A DNA stretch of 64,000 bases from an uncultured Bacteroidales bacterium (GTDB lineage: Bacteria > Bacteroidota > Bacteroidia > Bacteroidales > WCHB1-69). Positions 37,680 to 46,700 of the stretch are shown here, piece after piece; the stretch's first letter is position 1, and each line of letters opens with the position of its first letter. The notes below the pieces were generated by a model. That model was not told the DNA's origin. It made no database searches and worked only from the letters and a program-made list of their open reading frames with translations. The position numbers and the translations under genes are program-made. The stretch covers positions 119 through 64,118 of the forward strand of contig CAJOFJ010000005.1 of NCBI GenBank assembly GCA_905233625.1, given 5' to 3'.

Positions 37680-38489
37680 TCAAACACCTAATTCCTTCAA
37701 GACATTTTCTCGATAACTGGGGCCTATCGGCAGCTCCGTTCCCGCCACTGTGACACTCGCCACATCCACAATCTCCACATATTTCGCGGAAACAATAAAA
37801 GACTTGTGAATCCTGACAAATTGTCCCCTCGGAAGTTCCTCCATCAACTTCTTCATAGAAAAATAAGCTGTAATTTTGCGCTGTTTGGTATGGAAAGTAA
37901 CATATTCCTGTTGTCCTTCCACATAGAGCAAATCATCATACAACACCTTGTAGCTGCGGCGGTCGGCCCGAACCATCATGAAATCACGGGATGCGGACAT
38001 GTCACGCGAAAAAGAAGTGGCACGTTCTTCAACTGCAGGAGAGGCAGCTGACGAATCAGGCATTTCTGAAGAAGAAGCTTCCGCTGCCGAAATCATCTGG
38101 ATTCTGGCAATAGCCTTGTTAATAGCTTTGACAAAGCGATTGAACGGGATAGGCTTCAGCAGGTAGTCTACGACTTCCAAATCATAGCCCTCAATCGCAT
38201 ACTGAGAATAAGCCGTGGTAAAGATAACACTCGGATGATACGGCAAGTTGCCTACGAACTCAAGGCCTGTCAATTCCGGCATCTCAATGTCAGTTAACAA
38301 GATATCGACTTCTTGCTGCCGCATGACACTTATCGCATTCATGGCGTTGGCACAGGAATCCACCAAAATCAAATCAGGCAATTTCGACACATATTCCTCA
38401 AGCAAGGTCCTGGCCAAATACTCGTCATCCACAATCAGCACCTTGTACTGCTGCTGTTTAGCTTTATCTTCTCGCAAATCTTCCATCAT
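37680..38489 (-). CDS. Two-component response regulator, LytTR output domain
   Basis: Receiver: KVLIVDDEYL..., LLTDIEMPELTGLEF, LLKPI. LytTR: YKVLYDDLLYVEGQQEYVTFHTKQRKITAYFSMKKLMEELPRGQFVRIHKSFIV. The ATG overlaps the kinase stop (TGATG). Confidence 0.9.
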   Translation of the reverse strand: MMEDLREDKAKQQQYKVLIVDDEYLARTLLEEYVSKLPDLILVDSCANAMNAISVMRQQEVDILLTDIEMPELTGLEFVGNLPYHPSVIFTTAYSQYAIEGYDLEVVDYLLKPIPFNRFVKAINKAIARIQMISAAEASSSEMPDSSAASPAVEERATSFSRDMSASRDFMMVRADRRSYKVLYDDLLYVEGQQEYVTFHTKQRKITAYFSMKKLMEELPRGQFVRIHKSFIVSAKYVEIVDVASVTVAGTELPIGPSYRENVLKELGV

Positions 38490-39523
38490 CACAATTTAAT
38501 CATTAAATCCACCTTATAAATTCCTTTATCTTCCCCAATTGTCAGGGTATGATCTTCCGGATAATACAAATGCAAACGTTGCTCAACATTATCAATTCCG
38601 ATGCTATTCTCCTTGGAAATTTCATGCGAAATATGAGTCTTTGACACGGTATTTTCCGTGTGCAAAAACAGACTTCCCTGACGAATTTCAATCCTTACCC
38701 GTACAAAAGCTTCCGGATTACTGAGCAAATCGCTATGTGTGAAACAATTCTCCACAAAAGGTTGCAAAAGCATCGGAACGATGGAATACGCCTGTGAATC
38801 CTGCTGCAACTGATAATCTATCTTGTCTGGCGTTCCCATTCTAAGCACTTGGAAATCAACATAATTCTGGATATAAGACAATTCTTTTTCAACAGGCACT
38901 TTCTCCTGCTGTCCGAAATCCGTGACATAACGCAACATATCCGACAATTTCATCAGGGCATCGGGAGCGATATTGCTTTTGGTATAAACCAACGCATAAA
39001 TATTATTCAAGGCATTGAAAAGGAAATGCGGATTAATCTGAGACTGAAGAAGTTGCAACTTCATCAATTTCTGTTCCTGTTTCAGTTGCTCAGCTTGACG
39101 CATGGCATAAACTGAATACTTGTATATGGCAAGGCTAAGAGCGAAAAGATTCATAATCAACACTTTAAGAAAATTTGCCAATGTAATGAAAGGCAAAAAC
39201 TCGCTATTCGGCTTAGGACGTTCAATAGGAACATAATTGTGAATGAGGTATTCCGATGCAAACAGCAACTGACACGACAACAACCAGAGCAGAATCACCA
39301 CAAAGAATTTCAGCGCCTTGTTCTGCAACCAATTGGGAGGCGTTGTGAGCAATCGGCAGAAAATCTGATACATTATGGCAAAAAACAAAGTATCCACCGT
39401 TGCATAAATCAAGGACATCACCGTATTCAGGCGCCGGCCATTAAAAAAAATCAGCAGAAAAACCACCACATAAATAAAGATATGCGAATAGCGAAGTATA
39501 AATTTGTTGATCCTGTCATTCAT
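38489..39523 (-). CDS. Sensor histidine kinase, LytS/YehU (His_kinase PF06580-like) type
   Basis: N-terminal TM helices. QSQINPHFLFNALNNIYAL H-box. Confidence 0.88.
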   Translation of the reverse strand: MNDRINKFILRYSHIFIYVVVFLLIFFNGRRLNTVMSLIYATVDTLFFAIMYQIFCRLLTTPPNWLQNKALKFFVVILLWLLSCQLLFASEYLIHNYVPIERPKPNSEFLPFITLANFLKVLIMNLFALSLAIYKYSVYAMRQAEQLKQEQKLMKLQLLQSQINPHFLFNALNNIYALVYTKSNIAPDALMKLSDMLRYVTDFGQQEKVPVEKELSYIQNYVDFQVLRMGTPDKIDYQLQQDSQAYSIVPMLLQPFVENCFTHSDLLSNPEAFVRVRIEIRQGSLFLHTENTVSKTHISHEISKENSIGIDNVEQRLHLYYPEDHTLTIGEDKGIYKVDLMIKL

Positions 39524-39653
39524 GATTTCCCTCTGTTTATATTTTACAAAAATACAATTTTTTTAGACCTAAAATCACTCCGATGGTGAAAAAATTTCGA
39601 CACAGCTCTTGCTTTTCATTTTTTTGCGTAACTTTGCACCAAATTTTCAAAAC

Positions 39654-40346
39654 ATGGACGAAGCCACTGTAGCATTATGCAACTTGCTCATTAACAAGGG
39701 AGAGCTTAAACAAAACATATTTCAGGAAACGCTGAATTCTATGCTGATGTTCAAAGAAGCAGCCAAGGAGTTCGACGAATTCTACCGCGACAAATACGAA
39801 GAGGAACACGAAAAAGTCACCGTGCACTATACCAACCGCAACCAGTATGAATTTCAGCTGAAATTTGCCGGCGACATATTGGTGTTTCTGATGCACACCA
39901 ATATTTTCGAGTTCTCGCGCGACCACGAGGTGATGCGCACTCCCTATATTAAAGAAGACAAAGACCGCTCTTACTGTGGTGTCATCCAGATTTTCAACTT
40001 CCTGGCGGATTCATTCAAATACAATCGTGTCAACGACTTAGGCTACATGATTGGCAGAATCATGATCAACAAGGAAGGACATTACTATGTAGAGGGCAAA
40101 CGGGAGTTGGCACAGGTATTCAATAATTTCAGTGCCAACAAAATCACCCCAGAGAATGCCCACAGCATCCTTCGTTCCGCCATCGAGTATACCATAAATT
40201 TCGACCTTTTGCTCCCAAATTATGACGAAATGAAGATCATTACCGTCAACGATATGCTGCAATTTGAAGACCAAAACATGACGTTACGGACTGGTAAACG
40301 TCTGGGATTCAGGTTTGAACAAGATGTTGTAGACGAAAAAAAATAA
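39654..40346 (+). CDS. Hypothetical cytoplasmic protein
   Basis: ATG 39654 is preceded by a TAacTTTG box (~39629-39636). Clean 230-codon ORF; I recognise no motif. Confidence 0.7.
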   Translation: MDEATVALCNLLINKGELKQNIFQETLNSMLMFKEAAKEFDEFYRDKYEEEHEKVTVHYTNRNQYEFQLKFAGDILVFLMHTNIFEFSRDHEVMRTPYIKEDKDRSYCGVIQIFNFLADSFKYNRVNDLGYMIGRIMINKEGHYYVEGKRELAQVFNNFSANKITPENAHSILRSAIEYTINFDLLLPNYDEMKIITVNDMLQFEDQNMTLRTGKRLGFRFEQDVVDEKK

Positions 40347-40372
40347 ATTTTCGCAAAACAGCTTTTTGTATC

Positions 40373-40393
40373 AAAAAAAGTTGTACTTTTGCA
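40373..40393 (+). promoter_or_regulatory. Promoter module for tRNA-Glu (TAcTTTTG -7 box)
   Basis: aaaaaaagttgTActTTTGca is identical to 33252-33272. Confidence 0.6.
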
Positions 40394-40413
40394 GTCACAA
40401 AAATGAACCTGAT

Positions 40414-40488
40414 GCCGTATTCGTCTAGTAGGCCCAGGACGCCAGGTTTTCATCCTGGAAATCGGGGGTTCGAATCCCCCATACGGTA
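40414..40488 (+). tRNA. tRNA-Glu (anticodon TTC), CCA not encoded
   Basis: Acceptor GCCGTAT/ATACGGT (G-U first pair). Anticodon stem CCAGG/CCTGG with loop TTTTCAT. T arm GGGGG-TTCGAAT-CCCCC. Confidence 0.88.
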
Positions 40489-40499
40489 CAAAACTTCAA

Positions 40500-40530
40500 G
40501 AGGCAGAGTCAACGCTCTGCCTCTTTTTTT
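40500..40530 (+). terminator. Rho-independent terminator after tRNA-Glu
   Basis: gaggcagag-tcaacg-ctctgcctc followed by T7. Confidence 0.8.
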
Positions 40531-40590
40531 ATTATTTGGCACATTAAAAAAAATCGTATCTTTGCACTTTAATTCATAATAATATTCATT

Positions 40591-40908
40591 ATGGCAGAAA
40601 TTGAAATTGGAAACAAGAAAATCGAGTTAGACGGTGACGGCTTTATGGTAGACCCCACCCAGTGGAATGACGAACTGGCCACCGCCATCGCCAAGGCTGA
40701 CGGAATTGAGGAACTGACAGAAAATCACTGGAAGGTGGTTAGGATTATCCGCAGCAATTTTGAGGAAAAGGGCCTTGCTCCGATGGTCCGTACCATTTGC
40801 AAGGAAACGGGGCTGAAGTTAAAAGACATCTATGAGCTCTTCCCGTTAGGACCCGCAAGAGGAGCCTGCCGTGTGGCCGGTCTGCCCAAACCCGACGGTT
40901 GCGTATAG
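40591..40908 (+). CDS. DsrC/TusE-family sulfur-relay protein with both C-terminal cysteines (CX10C)
   Basis: ELTENHWKVVRIIRSNFEEKG, C-terminus GACRVAGLPKPDGCV. Confidence 0.88.
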   Translation: MAEIEIGNKKIELDGDGFMVDPTQWNDELATAIAKADGIEELTENHWKVVRIIRSNFEEKGLAPMVRTICKETGLKLKDIYELFPLGPARGACRVAGLPKPDGCV

Positions 40909-40924
40909 TATAAAATTTGTCATT

Positions 40925-41572
40925 ATGCTTGCTACTCAGATTATCGCCCTGATTGCACTGGCAATCTGTTTTGTTTTGATGTGCGCCCACTTTATCAGAA
41001 TAATCCGTCTGGGCAAACCCAAAGACTTCTCGGAAAAAAGTGGTAATGTAGCCAAAGGTGTCGCATACTCCAACACCATCGCCATGATGCCCCAAAACAA
41101 GGAATCCGCATACCTGCATCTTCCTTCTTACGCTTTGGGCATGTTATTCCATATCGGCATTTTCTCATGTATGCTCATCTTTGTGCTGTCATTCTTTGAT
41201 TTCTTCAATCAGTGGATTATCCAAGACAAAGGCATACATTACTTGCTGCCGCTTTTGACCGCCATCACTACATTTGCCGGGCTGTGTCTGTTTACCAAAA
41301 GATTGATAAACAGAAATTTACGCAATCTCACCAATCCCGACGATTATTTGTCCAACGGGTTCACCACCTTATTTCAGCTTGCCACCACCTTATATCTGTT
41401 GATGCCCACCTGCTCTTGCATGGTCAACTGCTATTATATCATGGCGGCCATCCTCTTCCTGTATATGCCGGTAGGCAAACTGAAACATGTGTTATACTAT
41501 TTCTCCGCACGTTACCATTTAGGCTTTTTCTATGGCTGGCGCAACGTGTGGCCTCAGAAGAAAGAAGATTAA
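40925..41572 (+). CDS. Polytopic membrane protein with conserved-looking His pairs (NarI/DsrM-like is only a guess)
   Basis: ATG 40925 (MLATQIIALIALAICFVLM). About 5 TM helices. His in LHLPSYALGMLFHIGIF and KLKHVLYYFSARYH. 16 nt after the DsrC-like gene; its stop overlaps the queA ATG (TAATG). Confidence 0.65.
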   Translation: MLATQIIALIALAICFVLMCAHFIRIIRLGKPKDFSEKSGNVAKGVAYSNTIAMMPQNKESAYLHLPSYALGMLFHIGIFSCMLIFVLSFFDFFNQWIIQDKGIHYLLPLLTAITTFAGLCLFTKRLINRNLRNLTNPDDYLSNGFTTLFQLATTLYLLMPTCSCMVNCYYIMAAILFLYMPVGKLKHVLYYFSARYHLGFFYGWRNVWPQKKED

Positions 41573-42783
41573 TGATTCCTCAAAAAGATATTCTGATTGA
41601 TGATTTCAGCTATGAGCTGCCAGAAGATAAAATAGCATACTTCCCTGTCAGCCAGCGAGATCAGTCCAAATTACTGGTTTATCAAAACGGTCAAATCACC
41701 GATGCCCGTTTTTCGGATTTGCCCACTTTCCTCACCTCCGACTATCGTTTGATCTTCAATGATTCGAAAGTGATTCATGCGCGACTGCTGGTACACAATG
41801 CCACGGGTGCCGCCATTGAAATTTTTTGTCTGGAGCCCTTAAAACCAACCCCTGAAATCGCCAAAGCATTCAGCCAAAGCAGTCCCGTAACATGGAAGTG
41901 TCTGGTAGGGAATGCTAAACGATGGAAGCAACCCCTGAGCTTTCCTGTGGATTTTGAGGATAAAACACTGATGATAACTGCCACCAAAGGTGAATGCAAA
42001 GACGGAGCCTTTGAAGTAACCTTTTCATGGCCGGACCCTGCTATCACCCTGTCGGAATGGTTGGAACAATATGGCAAGATGCCGCTTCCTCCTTATATCA
42101 AGCGTGCCGCTGAAAAAGATGACGAACAGCGTTATCAGACGGTTTATGCCCGCTACGATGGTTCTGTAGCCGCCCCAACTGCCGGTTTGCACTTCTCGGA
42201 CAACGTTATAAAAGCCCTGAACAACAAGGGTATTGCCACCGATTATGTGACCCTGCATGTGGGAGCAGGAACTTTCAAGCCTGTTTCCTGCGAGCGCATC
42301 GGCGACCACTACATGCATCGTGAGCAAATCGTCATTAGCAAAGCATTTATAGACAGCTTGTTAACAGACAGACGAAAGATTATCGCCGTTGGCACCACAG
42401 TGGCCAGAACACTGGAATCCCTGTATCTGATAGGCGCCAAGCTAAAACTGAATCGCCCGTCACCCTTTGAAATAGAACAATGGGAAGCTTACGAAGATGC
42501 AGAACTCTCGCAATTGGATCCATTTGAAGCATTACAAGAGATACAGGAATATATGGCATTGCATGAGCTTCAAACTTTATATGCCGCCACAAAGCTAATG
42601 ATAGTACCTGGCTATCAACGGAAGATCACACAGGCCATTATCACCAACTTCCATCAACCCAAAAGTACATTATTACTGTTGATTTCCTCATTCTTGGGCG
42701 ATAAATGGAAAGAGGTTTATGCCCATGCACTGAGCCACAACTACCGTTTTCTCAGCTTCGGAGATTCAAATTTATATCTGTAA
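41572..42783 (+). CDS. queA: S-adenosylmethionine:tRNA ribosyltransferase-isomerase
   Basis: MIPQKDILIDDFSYELPEDKIAYFPVSQRDQSKLLV, LPPYIKR, RYQTVYARYDGSVAAPTAGLHF, GTTVARTLES. The track ORF start at 41212 is an upstream extension that overlaps the previous gene. Confidence 0.9.
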   Translation: MIPQKDILIDDFSYELPEDKIAYFPVSQRDQSKLLVYQNGQITDARFSDLPTFLTSDYRLIFNDSKVIHARLLVHNATGAAIEIFCLEPLKPTPEIAKAFSQSSPVTWKCLVGNAKRWKQPLSFPVDFEDKTLMITATKGECKDGAFEVTFSWPDPAITLSEWLEQYGKMPLPPYIKRAAEKDDEQRYQTVYARYDGSVAAPTAGLHFSDNVIKALNNKGIATDYVTLHVGAGTFKPVSCERIGDHYMHREQIVISKAFIDSLLTDRRKIIAVGTTVARTLESLYLIGAKLKLNRPSPFEIEQWEAYEDAELSQLDPFEALQEIQEYMALHELQTLYAATKLMIVPGYQRKITQAIITNFHQPKSTLLLLISSFLGDKWKEVYAHALSHNYRFLSFGDSNLYL

Positions 42784-42792
42784 TCATCAAAT

Positions 42793-43299
42793 ATGAAAAA
42801 AGCAATCATTTCCTTCACCGTCTTGTTATTGGCAATCTCTTTGAATATCAACGCACAAGATGCCATCAAAAGAGTATACAATGAGGATATTAATCCTAAC
42901 GAGCAGATTGACAAAGCGATAGCTACCGCCAAGTCGGAGGGAAAGTTTGTAGTTTGCCAAGTTGGGGGCAATTGGTGCCCCTGGTGTCTGCTATTCGCAG
43001 ACTTTATCAGCAAGGACAGCACCATCACGCAATTAATAGAAGAGAATTTCGTATATATCCATGTGAATTACAATCCCCGTCAGTCGGGCGATGCCGCCAA
43101 GGCACAACAAGCTTCCACAATGATGAAAAGGCTTGGCAATCCAGGCCGCTTCGGCTATCCCGTTTTTGTGATCTTGGATAAAAAAGGCAATGTAATCCAT
43201 ATCCAAGACTCCAGTTTCCTGGAGGAAGGAAAAGGCTATAATCGGGACAAAGTGCTTCGATTTTTCAAGAATTGGACACCGAAAGCAGTCAACAATTAA
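42793..43299 (+). CDS. Secreted thioredoxin-fold protein (CPWC)
   Basis: Signal peptide MKKAIISFTVLLLAISLNINAQ. VCQVGGNWCPWCLLF. Confidence 0.8.
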   Translation: MKKAIISFTVLLLAISLNINAQDAIKRVYNEDINPNEQIDKAIATAKSEGKFVVCQVGGNWCPWCLLFADFISKDSTITQLIEENFVYIHVNYNPRQSGDAAKAQQASTMMKRLGNPGRFGYPVFVILDKKGNVIHIQDSSFLEEGKGYNRDKVLRFFKNWTPKAVNN

Positions 43300-43313
43300 C
43301 TTACAGTTAAAAT

Positions 43314-44507
43314 TTAAATCTTCCAGTCATTGAAAGTACTGCATACACGCAGTAAGTGTTCTTTGCGTTTGGTAACACGCTCAGCAAAAGCCTGTTGGCA
43401 TTCCCAGATAACTGATTCAGGAAATGAATCCGACAAAGCCAGCCAGCTAAAGTTACGCACACAAGCCACTGCTTCCATCTGTTCCTCTCGGTGGGCCAAC
43501 ATTTCAGCGCTTTCACCTTCAAAATAATAATGCATAAATTTCGGCCATAGCTGTTTGCCATATTCGCGGGGCATGCCAATAATAGCCTCGTAATCGCCCA
43601 ACAGCCTAACCATGGAAGAATAGGCATGACCGAGATCCAACAATGGATGTCCATACCCTACTTCACCCATATCAATCATCATCAGTTCACCATTCTGCAT
43701 CAGGGCATTTTTGGTTTGTAAATCACAGTGTAATAATCGGTCTCCCTGAGGAATCGCATGCACTATCTGCAGCAACAAATCAATGGAGGGGGTGTCGAAA
43801 TAGCGGCTGATATGGCGGACTGCATTTTCCTCGCGCGTCATCGCATTGGGGATATGGTTTCCTTGTGGAACATGGATATTGTGAATCTGGCGAAATAGCA
43901 TGGCATATTGACGTGCAAATTCGTCCATGCGCTCTGGTTCGCGTTTGATACACTCGCTCAGTGTGTCGGAATTCAACAGCTCGTATACCAAACCGTAACG
44001 ATTGATGACGCGAACCACATCAAAGGATATGGCAGTGGGCATGCCCAGCACAAAAGCTTCCTTGGACATGCTTATTTCATTCTGCACTTCTTGAATTGTG
44101 CTGCCTTCGCGGAACACTTTGATGATGGTGTCGTCATCAAGTCGGTAAACCACCCCGACACCTCCGCTACCAATGACATCGCAACCTGCCACACTGATGG
44201 TTCGCAAAGCTCTTTCCACCCTCATCACTTTTGTAAAGCCTGTCAGTTCAAATACATGATATATTTCAGGTTGTGCCTCCATAATGCAGAAATCGTCGTA
44301 TTGCTTGGCCAATTGCAGAAAGAAACGCAAGCCCGAGCTTGAAATATAGGACAATTCTGCGATCTGGCATGTTAAACTGTCAATAGGCTCGTTATTTGCC
44401 AAAAGTCTTTCACAGGTTTCTACCGTCTGCTGAATGGTGTTGGTATCTAAACGTCCTGCCAGTGTCAGCGTCGCTTTCCCCTGGTCAACAACTATCGCAA
44501 TATCCAT
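43314..44507 (-). CDS. STAS (anti-sigma-antagonist-like) domain fused to an APH/protein-kinase-like fold
   Basis: STAS: LTLAGRLDTNT..., SYISSSGLRFFLQL. Kinase-like: GSGGVGVVYR, IIKVF, LLHCDLQTKNALM, MIDMGEVGYGHPLLDLG. Confidence 0.8.
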   Translation of the reverse strand: MDIAIVVDQGKATLTLAGRLDTNTIQQTVETCERLLANNEPIDSLTCQIAELSYISSSGLRFFLQLAKQYDDFCIMEAQPEIYHVFELTGFTKVMRVERALRTISVAGCDVIGSGGVGVVYRLDDDTIIKVFREGSTIQEVQNEISMSKEAFVLGMPTAISFDVVRVINRYGLVYELLNSDTLSECIKREPERMDEFARQYAMLFRQIHNIHVPQGNHIPNAMTREENAVRHISRYFDTPSIDLLLQIVHAIPQGDRLLHCDLQTKNALMQNGELMMIDMGEVGYGHPLLDLGHAYSSMVRLLGDYEAIIGMPREYGKQLWPKFMHYYFEGESAEMLAHREEQMEAVACVRNFSWLALSDSFPESVIWECQQAFAERVTKRKEHLLRVCSTFNDWKI

Positions 44508-44561
44508 ATAATCAATATTTTATTAAAAAGTTTTTGAAAACACCTTTACCGCGTGGTATAA

Positions 44562-45356
44562 TTATTTGAGATTGATAAACGGGACCGCATCACCCAGCAT
44601 GTATTCGGGAAGTTTGCCATCCCATTTCTGCACAGCCTCGTAGCTTACCAACTTAGGATTCGACTCCAGTGCATGAGCTTTGATACGCATGGCCTCGGCC
44701 TCAGCTTCCGCTTTGATTTTGGTCTGTTTGGCCTGTTCTTCCACCTGAATCGTCACATTCTTGGCCTTCAGCGCATTCTGTTCTGCCACCTGTTTCTCTT
44801 TGATGGCGTTTTCGAAAGCATCGTCAAAGTCAATGTCCACCAGCTGGAACTGGACATTGGTAAAATAATCCTTATTCAGGGTCTCGCGCAAGCGGTTTTC
44901 AATCTCCCGTCTCACGGCATCACGGTTTTCCACAATCTGTGTGGCGTTGAAATTACCAAAAGCCTCCTTCATGGCCGAACGGATAAAAGGCACCACAATG
45001 CGCTCATGATAATTTTCACCTATATTCTTAATCAGATTACTGACATTTGCTTGTACCAAATCATAATTGATGGTATATTCCACTTCCGAAGTCTGCACAT
45101 CGCGGGTATACGAGTTCTCATGACCATCAAACTTCTTTTGCTGAATATTCACTTTATTAATGGTCTGAATGAATGGAATTTTCACATGCAAACCGTCAGA
45201 TACCGGAGTTTCGGAAATCTTTCCGAAAGTACTCAATACGCCTCTTTCGGTGGATTTGATAGAATAAAACGAGGATAAGATGACCAGCAGGGCAAACAGA
45301 CCCACTACCGACCATATCGTGATTTTACGTACATTGATATTTCTCTGATAATCCAT
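44562..45356 (-). CDS. SPFH/band-7 (prohibitin-like) membrane protein
   Basis: N-terminal TM helix. ERGVLSTFGKISETPVSDGLHVKIPFIQ. Coiled-coil tail EQAKQTKIKAEAEAEAMRIKA. Confidence 0.88.
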   Translation of the reverse strand: MDYQRNINVRKITIWSVVGLFALLVILSSFYSIKSTERGVLSTFGKISETPVSDGLHVKIPFIQTINKVNIQQKKFDGHENSYTRDVQTSEVEYTINYDLVQANVSNLIKNIGENYHERIVVPFIRSAMKEAFGNFNATQIVENRDAVRREIENRLRETLNKDYFTNVQFQLVDIDFDDAFENAIKEKQVAEQNALKAKNVTIQVEEQAKQTKIKAEAEAEAMRIKAHALESNPKLVSYEAVQKWDGKLPEYMLGDAVPFINLK

Positions 45357-45411
45357 GATGAAAATATTATGTTGTTATTGTTGTTATTTATAAATTTTCA
45401 ACTATTGAAAC

Positions 45412-45702
45412 TCAATCTTGACAATGCTTCAATTCCCGGCGATTCTTACCTATATACAAAAAATAAAGGAACAAGTCAAACGACACCAGTGTTGCATTAA
45501 ACATATACATGAAGATTACTATATCTCTGCTATATAGCAATTTATGAATGATTCCGAAAATATAGCCCAAAATCACCAGGGACATAAACATCGGACTCTT
45601 TCCTATCACCACCTTGGTTTTCAAAGATTTAGCAATAGAAACAGGCCAACTCACCGCAAAACAGAGAAGGAAAAGCACTTCCCAAATACTGAATTCAGTC
45701 AT
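45412..45702 (-). CDS. Small 3-TM membrane protein (PQ-loop/SemiSWEET-like is a guess)
   Basis: ATG 45702 (MTEFSIWEVLFLLCF...); the track start at 45711 is TTG. Three hydrophobic helices. Confidence 0.55.
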   Translation of the reverse strand: MTEFSIWEVLFLLCFAVSWPVSIAKSLKTKVVIGKSPMFMSLVILGYIFGIIHKLLYSRDIVIFMYMFNATLVSFDLFLYFLYIGKNRRELKHCQD

Positions 45703-45912
45703 AACATACAAAACTTGTCAAAAAACATTTTTCAAGATGCAAAGATACTAAATAATCCCTTAATCTGGAAGCAAAGATTGTCGAATTCCAAAAAATGATT
45801 ATCTTTGCAAATTGTATCATTATGCTACAATGGAAAGTACATCATTATTTTTCAAGCAAAAATGAGCAGCATTTAGCGCGGTATCAATTACAGACCACCA
45901 AAGAACAACAAT

Positions 45913-46638
45913 ATGGAAATCAAAGAATTAATACGAAATACCCTTATTTTTCTTCATCTCGATCTCAGTAAAAACCTGAAATACGACCGTTTGACCAAGC
46001 TTATTATGAAAAAGCTGTTAAAAGCCGATTCCAACTGCATTGACGTGGGGTGCCACAAAGGAGAAATATTGGATATGATGCTAAAATATGCCCCTAACGG
46101 TCATCACTATGCATTTGAACCCATACCTTATCTGTTTCAGGAGTTGAAGAAAAAATTCAACGGCAAGGCTACGATATACCCCTATGCACTTTCTGACGAG
46201 ACCGGGATCACCAGTTTTAACCTTGTCAAAAACGCCCCGGCCTATAGCGGTCTCAAACAGCGGCATTACGACATTGACAAGCCTGACATTGAAGTCATTA
46301 ACATTGAAATGGAGACCCTCGACAACCTCCTTGGCGAAAAACATATCGATTTCATCAAAATTGACGTGGAGGGCGGTGAATTCGGAGTGCTGAAAGGAGC
46401 AAAAAAAATGCTCAAAGCAAGTCTTCCTACCATTCTTTTTGAGTGTGGCAAAGGAGCCAGCGACTATTACGGAACACAACCCGCAGATATATTCAATTAT
46501 CTAAACAAAGAAATTGGTCTAAAGATTTACACTTTAGACCAATTTATCGGCAAGCGACAGGCAATGAGCCAGGCTGATTTTGTAGATTGCTTTGAGAAAC
46601 AGACAGATTACTATTTTGTAGCCTCGGCGAATGCCTAA
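45913..46638 (+). CDS. FkbM-family SAM-dependent methyltransferase
   Basis: CIDVGCHKGE, AFEPIP, YPYALSDETG, IDFIKIDVEGGEFGVLKGA. Confidence 0.85.
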   Translation: MEIKELIRNTLIFLHLDLSKNLKYDRLTKLIMKKLLKADSNCIDVGCHKGEILDMMLKYAPNGHHYAFEPIPYLFQELKKKFNGKATIYPYALSDETGITSFNLVKNAPAYSGLKQRHYDIDKPDIEVINIEMETLDNLLGEKHIDFIKIDVEGGEFGVLKGAKKMLKASLPTILFECGKGASDYYGTQPADIFNYLNKEIGLKIYTLDQFIGKRQAMSQADFVDCFEKQTDYYFVASANA

Positions 46639-46700
46639 ATTTTTACCAACCTCCTACAAAATAGTCTTTCCTGTCATCAAACCATTTGTCAAACATTATT

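Noticed and set aside
41212-41571. 5' extension of queA (the track ORF starts at 41212)
   Set aside because: The extension overlaps the preceding membrane-protein gene in another frame and has no QueA similarity. The conserved QueA N-terminus begins at ATG 41572 (MIPQKDILIDDF).
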